Below are positions 37,998 through 45,558 of a stretch of 64,000 nt of DNA, one piece after another. The stretch lies in contig DASYRG010000008.1 in NCBI GenBank assembly GCA_036004665.1, positions 10,240 to 74,239 of the forward strand. Direction: 5' to 3'. The position numbers were made by a program, and so were the translations under genes. Below the pieces are notes generated by a model. That model worked only from the letters and a program-made list of their open reading frames with translations. It was not told the DNA's origin and did not search any database. Each line of letters starts with the position of its first letter. The first letter of the stretch is position 1. This DNA comes from a bacterium (GTDB lineage: Bacteria > Sysuimicrobiota > Sysuimicrobiia > Sysuimicrobiales > Humicultoraceae).

Positions 37998-38081
37998 AGA
38001 CGCTCTCTTCCGTCTGATCCGTCGCTACCCAGGCTTGTTTTTCCGGTAGACGTCGCTGAAGCCCCTCTGAACTGTTCGGCA

Positions 38082-38109
38082 TTGACATACGAACATTTGT
38101 TCGTATACT
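38082..38109 (+). promoter_or_regulatory. sigma-A promoter (TTGACA-16-TATACT) with embedded Gram-positive LexA (Cheo) box CGAACATTTGTTCG
   Basis: TTGACA at 38082-38087 and TATACT at 38104-38109. The 16-nt spacer holds the inverted repeat CGAAC-ATTT-GTTCG (38090-38103), matching 12/14 positions of the Cheo consensus CGAACRNRYGTTYC. ATG of the downstream gene is at 38133. Confidence 0.55.
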
Positions 38110-38132
38110 GGGCGTACCGACAGGGCCAAGAG

Positions 38133-38759
38133 ATGAAGGAGTTGCTTCCTCCACCAACCGTCGCGCAGGGACTGGTTGTCCTGACAGGGCCTGATGCCTG
38201 TTTGACGGTGGGACTGCTGTTGGCGCTGCAGGCAGAGATCGAGCGGCGCCCGCTGCTGGTGATCGACGGCGCCAACGCGTTCGACCCCTATCTGATTTCC
38301 ACCATCGCCCGGCGGATCGGCCTCGCGCCGGCGGCGCTCCTCCGGCAGATCCGCATCTCCCGGGTCTTCACCTGCTATCAACTGGAGGCGCTCCTGGACG
38401 AACGGTTGCCGCGCGTGCGTGAGCGGTTCGATCCCTACGGGCTCTTCCTCTCGGGCCCGCTGGAGGCGCTGCTCGACGAGGAGATCCAGCGGGAGGAGGC
38501 GGTGCGCGTCTTTCGCCGGATCCTGACCGCCCTCGACCGCGTGCGGGAGTGGCCCTGGACCGTCGTTGCCGCCTGCCCTGATACAGAACCTCCGCCGCCC
38601 GGGCGGGAGTGGTTCCTCCCTCAGATCCGGCGGCGGGCCGATCAAGTCTTCCGGGTGACGGTAGAAGAGGAAGGGTGGCGGATCAACGAGGAGGCGGGCG
38701 GCGGCAGCTGGCTGTGGCAGCCGCAGGTGGGCGCGCTCGTGGCGAGGAGGTGGTGGTGA
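38133..38759 (+). CDS. SulA/ImuA-like RecA-fold protein with degenerate P-loop
   Basis: GLVVLTGPDACLTVGLLLALQAEIERRPLLVIDGANAFDP...LRQIRISRVFTCYQLEALL follows the SulA/ImuA family pattern (P-loop-like GxxGxxxxT without the Lys; WIDPxxxFxP-like segment). The TTG at 38082 in the track ORF is actually the -35 element. Confidence 0.6.
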   Translation: MKELLPPPTVAQGLVVLTGPDACLTVGLLLALQAEIERRPLLVIDGANAFDPYLISTIARRIGLAPAALLRQIRISRVFTCYQLEALLDERLPRVRERFDPYGLFLSGPLEALLDEEIQREEAVRVFRRILTALDRVREWPWTVVAACPDTEPPPPGREWFLPQIRRRADQVFRVTVEEEGWRINEEAGGGSWLWQPQVGALVARRWW

Positions 38760-38762
38760 CCG

Positions 38763-39143
38763 ATGGGACGGACCGTCGCTACGATGACGCAGGTGGTCGA
38801 CCAGGAGGCGGCCAACTTCGGCCAGTTCCGCCGCGCCCTGCGCAAGGAAGACCAGGAGATCTTCGACCGCCTCTTCGCCGCCGCGCGCCACCACGCCGCG
38901 CCGGCCGCCTACCAGTCGCACGCGTCGCCCTTTGAGACCATCCTGCTGGCGATGCTGCTCGAACTGAGCAAGGCGGTGGTGGGCCTGCAGCGCCGGCTGG
39001 TGGAACAGGAGCCGGGTGCGCCGCTGCCGGAGCGCACCGGGCCCGCGCTGTCGGAGCCTGCCCTGCCCGCCGCCCCACCGCCGGCCTCGCTGCCTCTCGC
39101 CGGAGGGGGGCAGCGGCGGCTGCGCACGCGCAACCCGCGGTGA
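38763..39143 (+). CDS. hypothetical protein, 126 aa, Pro/Ala-rich C-terminus
   Basis: ATG is 4 nt after the upstream stop and 10 nt before the PolB start. Codon usage matches neighbours. No recognisable motif. Confidence 0.5.
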   Translation: MGRTVATMTQVVDQEAANFGQFRRALRKEDQEIFDRLFAAARHHAAPAAYQSHASPFETILLAMLLELSKAVVGLQRRLVEQEPGAPLPERTGPALSEPALPAAPPPASLPLAGGGQRRLRTRNPR

Positions 39144-39152
39144 TGGCGGCTG

Positions 39153-42100
39153 GTGCGCGGCTGGCTCTTCGACGTCTATCCCTCGGGAGAGGGGATGACA
39201 CTGTGGTTTCTGGACGAGGACGGCCACCCCCACCCGCTGCGCACGGAGTACCATCCGGCCTTCTACGCTGCGGGCCCCGCCGCGGCGGTGGAGCGCCTCT
39301 CCCGTGACCTGACTCGCCGGCGCATCGCTGCCGACCTCACGCCGGTCGTCCGGCAGGAACTGTTCAGCGGCGCCGAGCTGCCGGTGATGCGCGTGGCAGT
39401 CCACCGGCCGCTGCTCTTTCCCACTGCGGTCGGGTGCGCCGCGGCGATTCCGGCCCTTACCCTCTATACCTGCGACCTCAGCGCGGCGCAACTCTTCCTC
39501 TATGAGAGCGGGTTCTTTCCGCTGGGCCGGTACGAGGTCGCGGCGGCCGACGGCGTCCTGCGCGAGGCCACACCGCTGACCCACCCCGAAGACATGGAGT
39601 ACGAACCCCCGCCGCTCCTGGTGATGCGGATGCGCCTCGACGGCGACCCGGTCAACCCCAACCACGGGTGGCGTGGGGAGCTGGAGGTGGCGGTGCCGGG
39701 GGAGCACGTCGTCCTCAGCGGAGAGTACCCTGAGGATCTCTGTCGCAGCCTCAACCGCCTGCTCGCCCGCTATGACCCCGACGTCCTGCTGACCGACTGG
39801 GGGGATCCCTTTCTCATCCCCCGGCTCCTGCGGCTGAGCGCGCTGGCGGGCGTCCCCCTCGCCTTCAACCGCGACCCGCGCGCCGGCATCGGCGTGCGCC
39901 GGGGCCGTTCCTACGTCACGTACGGCAAGACAGTCTACCAGGCGGGGGCGCACATCCTGGCTGGCCGCTGGCACCTCGACCTGCGCAATTCCTTCATCTA
40001 TACGGAGTCGGAGATGGCCGGGCTGCTGGAGATCGCCCGACTGGCCCGCCTGCCGGTGCAGCGCCTGGCCCGCACCTCCACGGGCACCGCCATCTCCTCG
40101 ATGCAGCTCGCGCGGGCCGTGCAGACCGGCATCCTCGTGCCCTGGCACAAGAGCGAGCCGGAGGGGTTTAAGACCGCGGCGGAGTTGCTGATCACCGACA
40201 AGGGGGGGTTGACCTACCAGCCGCTGGTGGGCGTCTACGAGGGAGTGGGGGAGCTCGACTTCTCCTCCATGTACCCGACCATCATGGCCCGCTTCAACGT
40301 CTCGCCGGAAACGATCAACTGTTCTTGTTGCGCGATTGCCGAGCCCGTGCCGGAGATCGGCCACGCCATCTGCCAGCGCCGACGTGGCCTGGTCCCGCAG
40401 GTGCTGGATCACTTGCTGGTGCGGCGCGAGTATTACAAGCGGCGCAAGCGGGAGACGGAGGGCGCGCCGCGCGCCGTATACGACCAACGGCAGACGGCGC
40501 TGAAATGGTGTCTCGTTACCTGCCTTACAGGGGAAACGCTCGTACTACATCGCCGGGACGGTCGCTGGAAAGTAGCGCCTATCGGGGAAATCGTTGATTC
40601 GTATCTTCCCGGCGAGCAGTGGGGAACTCAAGCAGTCACAGAACTAACGGTGGGCGGAATTGATTCGGAACTTCGAGTCTGTGCTAAGCCTGTGAAACTG
40701 GTGATGAAGGCGCTAGCTCCCGCGAAGATGCTTCGGGTCAAGATGCGGTGGGGACGGGAATTGCTAGTGACGCCCAACCATCGATGCTACGTTCTCCATG
40801 GCGGTCGGCTTCGAGTAGTGCGCGCCGATGAGTTGCATGTGGGTGATTGGGTTCCTTTGGTAGGGTCGCTGGAAGGCCTTCTTGGGCAACTCGACTCAAA
40901 GATCGATGTCATACGTGCCTTGCAGCAGAGTCTTTCTGCGGAAGATCAGGACCGCTGGCGAGTATTTGGGAGACCAGTGCAAAGAGTTGTCAGAGAGCGC
41001 TATAGAGAGTTCGCAGCCCGGGCCAGAGACAAGTACGCTGCGAAAACGATCTGGAACTGGCGGGAGTACGGTTATTTGCCGCTTTCCTTCGTTCAACCGG
41101 AGGACTTCAGGATCGAAGAGCGGCCCGAGATCCGCCTGGGGCGGGGCAAGTTGTCCGGAGGAGTAATCAGACAGACCCCGTCTGTCGTGGACGTGGATGA
41201 GGACCTGGGGTTTCTCCTTGGTTTCTTCGTGGGAGATGGAAGTGCGACTGGAACGATGATTCGCTTCGATGTTGGGGCGAACGAAAGAGAACACCTGCCG
41301 AGGTTGCGACACATCTTGCTTCGGAAGTTTCGCATCAACGCGCGTGTCTATCGTGAGCGAAGGGCAAGAATGTACGTCCTGCAGGCAAACAGTGTGGCTC
41401 TTGTCGAGGTGTTCAAGCATGCGTGCGGAGTGGCAGGATCGGCGCGAACGGGCAAACTGCGTATCCCCGATGTTATTCTGAACGGCCCGCGCGATGCTCA
41501 GAGGGGCTTTGTCCTGGGGTTAATAGCCAGCGATGGAAATGTCAGCCGAGTTCGGGATTTTGTCAGCATAGCGAGTGCCAGTCGGTCCTTTATAAAAGAA
41601 CTCGGGTTTCTGTTCTCCTTGCTGGGTGTGGATTACCGACTGGGCTTCCATGGACGTCTGCACAGCATTCAGACGCGCAACATGGGCGAAACTCGGAAGA
41701 TTCTGTATGAGGGCGCCCCTGTTTCTCGAAAGCATCTCAGGGCGTTACGCTATCGCGAGTCAGTAACCCCGGTCCCGCGACTTCCGCAGATACCGGTGCA
41801 TCCCAGTGGGATATATGAGTTCAGCCGTGCAGTCCGGGTGACACGAGCGCCTCGGGTGTCCAGTCTCGAAATGATTTCTCAAGCGACGGCGCATGTGAAG
41901 TTGAACCAGGTGGTTCAGCGAAGCGGACGTCTTGGTGAGGAGCTTCGAGGCCGGCTGCCTGATTTCAGGCGGCTACTTGAATCGCCCATGATTTTCGCGC
42001 CCGTGATTTCAATCGAGGAGACGCTCTCGCCAGGGCAGTTTGTGTACTGTTTTCAGCTCAAGGATGAGCCACACGCATTTGTTGTTGAAGGAAATGTGTT

Positions 42101-42983
42101 GACCTCCAACAGTTTTGGCTACCTCGGGTACCGTAACGCCCGCTACGGTCGCATCGAAGCGCACGAGTCGACGACTGCCTATTCGCGCGAGATGCTGCTG
42201 CGCGCGAAGGAAGTTGCTGAGGCGCAAGGCTACCGCATGCTGCACGCCATCGTGGATTCCATGTGGCTGCAGAAGCCGGGAGCGGACCATCACGCGTACG
42301 AGACGCTGGCCCGCGACATCAAGCGCGTCACCAACCTCCCGGTCGCCGTCGAGGGCGTCTACGGCTGGGTCTCCTTTCTTCCTTCTAAAACACATCCCGG
42401 TGTGGGCGTGCCGAACCGCTACCTGGGGGTCTTCCAGGACGGTGAGACGAAAGTGCGTGGGATCGAAGTCCGGCGCTCGGACACCCCTGTGCTCATTGAG
42501 GAGATGCAGGCGCGAATGCTGCAGGAGATGTTTGCCGCGCCCACGATCGAAGCGTTGATCGTCCGCCTCCCCCGGATACTGGCCGTCCTGGAAGAGACGC
42601 TGGTGCGGCTGCGCGAGGGCTCAGTTCGTCCAGGCGAGCTGGCCCTGACGACCACGATCTCGCAAGAGGTCTCGGAGTACCGCAGCAACCACCCCGTCGC
42701 CGTGGCGGCGCGGGCCCTGGCCGCTGCCGGCATCCACCTCCATCCGGGGGAGGCGATTCAGTACGTCATCACGGATGCCGACGCCAAACTGGTGGACGAG
42801 CGGGTGCGGCCGCTGGCGCTGCTGGGGGCCGACTGGGTCTACGATCTGGAACGGTACGCCGAACTCCTCCTCCGCGCCGCCGAGACGGTGCTTGAGCCGT
42901 TCGGGTACACGGCAGATCGCCTCAGGGAGGAAGTCTGGCGGCCCCTGAGTGAGCGGAACGGAGGAGCGATGAGCGGACGATGA
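39153..42983 (+). CDS. archaeal-type family B DNA polymerase with degenerate exonuclease motifs, interrupted by an intein in motif B
   Basis: N-terminus WLFDVYPSGEGMTLWFLDEDGHP...HPAFYAA resembles the archaeal PolB N-domain. Motif A is LDFSSMYPTIM. After intein removal, motif B reads KWCLVT|SFGYLGYRNARYG. Motif-C region is LHAIVDSMW (IVDS in place of DTDS). Exo I (MRMRLDG) and Exo II (GDPFL) have lost their acidic residues. Confidence 0.85.
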   Translation: MRGWLFDVYPSGEGMTLWFLDEDGHPHPLRTEYHPAFYAAGPAAAVERLSRDLTRRRIAADLTPVVRQELFSGAELPVMRVAVHRPLLFPTAVGCAAAIPALTLYTCDLSAAQLFLYESGFFPLGRYEVAAADGVLREATPLTHPEDMEYEPPPLLVMRMRLDGDPVNPNHGWRGELEVAVPGEHVVLSGEYPEDLCRSLNRLLARYDPDVLLTDWGDPFLIPRLLRLSALAGVPLAFNRDPRAGIGVRRGRSYVTYGKTVYQAGAHILAGRWHLDLRNSFIYTESEMAGLLEIARLARLPVQRLARTSTGTAISSMQLARAVQTGILVPWHKSEPEGFKTAAELLITDKGGLTYQPLVGVYEGVGELDFSSMYPTIMARFNVSPETINCSCCAIAEPVPEIGHAICQRRRGLVPQVLDHLLVRREYYKRRKRETEGAPRAVYDQRQTALKWCLVTCLTGETLVLHRRDGRWKVAPIGEIVDSYLPGEQWGTQAVTELTVGGIDSELRVCAKPVKLVMKALAPAKMLRVKMRWGRELLVTPNHRCYVLHGGRLRVVRADELHVGDWVPLVGSLEGLLGQLDSKIDVIRALQQSLSAEDQDRWRVFGRPVQRVVRERYREFAARARDKYAAKTIWNWREYGYLPLSFVQPEDFRIEERPEIRLGRGKLSGGVIRQTPSVVDVDEDLGFLLGFFVGDGSATGTMIRFDVGANEREHLPRLRHILLRKFRINARVYRERRARMYVLQANSVALVEVFKHACGVAGSARTGKLRIPDVILNGPRDAQRGFVLGLIASDGNVSRVRDFVSIASASRSFIKELGFLFSLLGVDYRLGFHGRLHSIQTRNMGETRKILYEGAPVSRKHLRALRYRESVTPVPRLPQIPVHPSGIYEFSRAVRVTRAPRVSSLEMISQATAHVKLNQVVQRSGRLGEELRGRLPDFRRLLESPMIFAPVISIEETLSPGQFVYCFQLKDEPHAFVVEGNVLTSNSFGYLGYRNARYGRIEAHESTTAYSREMLLRAKEVAEAQGYRMLHAIVDSMWLQKPGADHHAYETLARDIKRVTNLPVAVEGVYGWVSFLPSKTHPGVGVPNRYLGVFQDGETKVRGIEVRRSDTPVLIEEMQARMLQEMFAAPTIEALIVRLPRILAVLEETLVRLREGSVRPGELALTTTISQEVSEYRSNHPVAVAARALAAAGIHLHPGEAIQYVITDADAKLVDERVRPLALLGADWVYDLERYAELLLRAAETVLEPFGYTADRLREEVWRPLSERNGGAMSGR
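40521..42110 (+). mobile_element. intein (530 aa) with LAGLIDADG homing-endonuclease domain, inserted at the pol-b site of PolB
   Basis: Begins CLTGETLVL (Cys1) after extein ...KWCLVT and ends ...VVEGNVLTSN followed by Ser+1. Two LAGLIDADG motifs (LGFLLGFFVGDGSA and GFVLGLIASDGNVS). Visibly lower GC than the flanking extein. Confidence 0.8.
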
Positions 42984-43013
42984 AGGAGCGAGCCGGGGAA
43001 GATTCTGCTGAGG

Positions 43014-44012
43014 CTATTCGGTGACGCTCTCCTGAGGTACCGAAGGCTCAGATGAGACGGCGTGGCCGAGCCGTTCGGCCAGCATCGTCTGGATCTCCCG
43101 GGCGTTGCGGCCGGACTGGCCGCGGAAGTGGTTGTTGAACATGAGATAGAGCCGCCGCACGTCCCAGGCCAGACGTTCAGCCGTCTCCGCCCATGGCGCG
43201 AGCTCCTCGGTCGAGTACTCGTAGTCGTAGGCCTGATTGGTGCTGACGCCCCTCTCCGCCAAAGCCGCGTTGCGCCCGTGGAAGCGGACCACGCTAAAGT
43301 CGGTGGTGGTCTCGACGGTCGGGGGTGGCAGGTAGCGGGCCTGGGCCAGGTCGGGGATGACGTAGGCGAACCCGTGCTCGCGCAGATACCCCATCAAGAT
43401 GGAGCGGGCCTTCCCCTGCAGCCAATCTTTATGGCGGATCTCGATCGCCACCGGCCAGTTCTCCAGATAGAGCGCCCAGGCGTCGAGATACTTGAAGAGC
43501 TCCTGCGTGAAGGGCTGTCCTTTCGGAAACTGAAAGAGCACGTAGCCCAGCCGGTCCCGCACCCGGAGGGCGTCGATGAAGGCCGCGAAGTAGTCCCAGG
43601 TCGCTGTGACGATCTCCTCGGGAAGGCGCATCGGAGAGATCGAGCGCTCTGCCTGCATCGTCCTCGGCAGAAGGACGAAGATGTCCCGAGGCAGCCGGTT
43701 GGGAGCGCTCTCGTGCCAGGTCAGCCAGGCAAAGGCCTTGATGGTGAACTGGAAAGGCGGTGCCACCGTCTCTGCCCACTGCACCGCGCGCTCCACCGGC
43801 TGGAGGGCGTGGTAGGTGGCGTCCACTTCGACCGCAGGGAAGAGCTCGGCGTAGTAGCGCAGTCGCGCGCGCGGCTTGGCGCGGACCGATTCAGGATAGA
43901 ATTCGCTGACGAAACTGGGGTCGGCCCAGGAGCAGGTACCCGTGTAGATCTGGCAGTCCCGGTGGAACAGAGGCGCCGCAGGCGCGCCCCCGGCGTCGGG
44001 GAACAGATTCAT
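43014..44012 (-). CDS. DUF72 (YecE-like) family protein
   Basis: GTCSWADPSF...FPAVEVDATYH...FQFTIKAF...YVLFQFP...LENWPVAIEIRHKDWL is the characteristic DUF72 pattern. Confidence 0.8.
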   Translation of the reverse strand: MNLFPDAGGAPAAPLFHRDCQIYTGTCSWADPSFVSEFYPESVRAKPRARLRYYAELFPAVEVDATYHALQPVERAVQWAETVAPPFQFTIKAFAWLTWHESAPNRLPRDIFVLLPRTMQAERSISPMRLPEEIVTATWDYFAAFIDALRVRDRLGYVLFQFPKGQPFTQELFKYLDAWALYLENWPVAIEIRHKDWLQGKARSILMGYLREHGFAYVIPDLAQARYLPPPTVETTTDFSVVRFHGRNAALAERGVSTNQAYDYEYSTEELAPWAETAERLAWDVRRLYLMFNNHFRGQSGRNAREIQTMLAERLGHAVSSEPSVPQESVTE

Positions 44013-44060
44013 CCTGGATTTGATAGTAGGGCAGCCGGAGGCATTTTCAAGCAGGTGCTC

Positions 44061-44708
44061 CTAGCGGGAAGGACTGGGGATGGGAGTGGGGGTGGGGCTC
44101 GTCGCGGGCGCCGGCGCAAGGAGGAGCTCGCTCGGGACAATCGTCGTCTCCCACTGGGTGCACTGCGGAGGATCGGCGCACCGGTACCGGGGGATAAGGG
44201 TCCCCAGCTGGGCCTCGGTAGCCCCGTGCTTCCGATAGAATCCCAGGAAGGCTTTGCCGAAATCCGAGTCAGCCGAAAAGAAGGCGGCTTCTTTCCCCGA
44301 GACGCGCAGCGTCTGTTTGACATCGGCGGTGCAGCCCTGCCCCTCCAGTTGAGGCGCCTCTCGGAACATCAACATGGTGATGGAGAGCTCCACCTCAGCG
44401 TTTCCTGCGGAGGCGGATTGGAACAAGTAGACACCGTCGAGGATCGGGACGGTGCCCCCGGAGGCGGGGAGGAGTACCTGAGACCTCAAGCGGCCTGTCA
44501 CCAGAACCTCCGCTGAGCCGTCCTTGTTGAAATCGGTTCGCACCATTTGAGGCGAGGACCAGTTCCCGAGCACATTCCGCGGTGGAGGCAGCGTACACCA
44601 TTTCAAGAGCGGTGGCGCGGGGGCCTGCGCGTGGGCCGGAGGCGTGGGGAGGAGGAGAACGAGGAACATGGTAAGGAGAAGGTGGGGTGTGCGGGCGGCG
44701 GCGATCAT
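44061..44708 (-). CDS. secreted hypothetical protein (signal peptide, Pro/Thr/Ser-rich C-terminal tail)
   Basis: MIAAARTPHLLLTMFLVLLLPTPPAHAQA signal peptide. C-terminus APAPATSPTPTPIPSPSR. ATG is revcomp 44706-44708. The N-terminal 98 aa of the track ORF are discarded. Confidence 0.5.
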   Translation of the reverse strand: MIAAARTPHLLLTMFLVLLLPTPPAHAQAPAPPLLKWCTLPPPRNVLGNWSSPQMVRTDFNKDGSAEVLVTGRLRSQVLLPASGGTVPILDGVYLFQSASAGNAEVELSITMLMFREAPQLEGQGCTADVKQTLRVSGKEAAFFSADSDFGKAFLGFYRKHGATEAQLGTLIPRYRCADPPQCTQWETTIVPSELLLAPAPATSPTPTPIPSPSR

Positions 44709-44758
44709 GAACAGCGTACGTCCGCTGGTTCCCTTCGGGAGGTGCTCCCGATCTCCTC

Positions 44759-45412
44759 TTACTTCACGAACGCCCGGCAGGAGCGGAGCCCGCTGCCGGC
44801 GGGGAGGGCGATCGTGTAGTTCTCCTCCTGATTTGACGCCACCGCGATGCCGATGACCAGACCCGCGCCGTCCAGCACCGGCGAGCCGCTGGCCCCGTAA
44901 TCCAAGGCCGGATCGATCACCATCATGGGAGCGGCGATGAGCCGTCCGCTGAGCGTGGCGGACTCGAGGAGGTGCATGATGCGGCCGGTGCTCACCTGCC
45001 ACTTCCGTTGCGGATAGCCGGCGATGGTGACCGTCTCGCCGACCGACGGCTCCCTGAAGGTCACCCTGTACTGGGGGGTTCCCGGCGGAAGCTGGGCCTT
45101 CACCACGGCCAGCCCGGCGATCTGCGTGCGGCAGGTGGGCTTGCCCTCTCTGGTCCCATCCGGTAAGAGGACCTGAACGCTCTGCGACAGGAGGTGGTCC
45201 GCGGTGACGATGGTGTCCCGCCCGACGACCACGCCGGTGCCGTATTGCAAGAGGGTTCCGCTCCGGCCGACCAGCGGCACAATGCCGCGCGGATCCGGCT
45301 GACTGAGGACCGCCGTCTGAGACTGGCCACGTGACGGTTTGGCCGCGAGAAGCAAGGTTAGAAGGAGAAGAACCAGCAGAGGTCCAGGAAACAACCGATT
45401 CAAGGCGCGCAT
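44759..45412 (-). CDS. secreted trypsin-like (S1) serine protease
   Basis: Signal peptide, then TADHL (catalytic His) and DYGASGSPV (GDSGGP-like catalytic Ser motif). Confidence 0.7.
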   Translation of the reverse strand: MRALNRLFPGPLLVLLLLTLLLAAKPSRGQSQTAVLSQPDPRGIVPLVGRSGTLLQYGTGVVVGRDTIVTADHLLSQSVQVLLPDGTREGKPTCRTQIAGLAVVKAQLPPGTPQYRVTFREPSVGETVTIAGYPQRKWQVSTGRIMHLLESATLSGRLIAAPMMVIDPALDYGASGSPVLDGAGLVIGIAVASNQEENYTIALPAGSGLRSCRAFVK

Positions 45413-45499
45413 CCGTCGCTCCGGCAGTCGCACGTGATGCCTTGTTCTACCCTTCAGATGCCCGTCTCCAGGGCAGGACAGTCCTGCGCTCGCCGCCTT

Positions 45500-45508
45500 T
45501 GGTATACT
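45500..45508 (+). promoter_or_regulatory. extended -10 element TGGTATACT upstream of secDF
   Basis: TGgTATACT lies 50 nt upstream of the secD ATG. No good -35 element. Confidence 0.3.
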
Positions 45509-45558
45509 GGCGTCGCGTTTGCCATCGAGATTCGTCCAGATCGTGGAGAACGACCGTC

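Noticed and set aside
38066-38077. GAACTGTTCG just upstream of the LexA box as a possible second operator
   Set aside because: The half-sites are spaced by 2 nt, not 4, so it is not a Cheo box. The 38090..38103 site is the convincing one.
38025-40487. 820-aa minus-strand ORF spanning the ImuA-like gene, orphan ORF and PolB N-terminus
   Set aside because: Same high-GC antisense artefact. The plus-strand genes have clear family motifs and operon-like spacing.
42984-43013. Looked for a terminator between convergent PolB and DUF72 genes
   Set aside because: No convincing stem-loop or U tract in the 30-nt gap.
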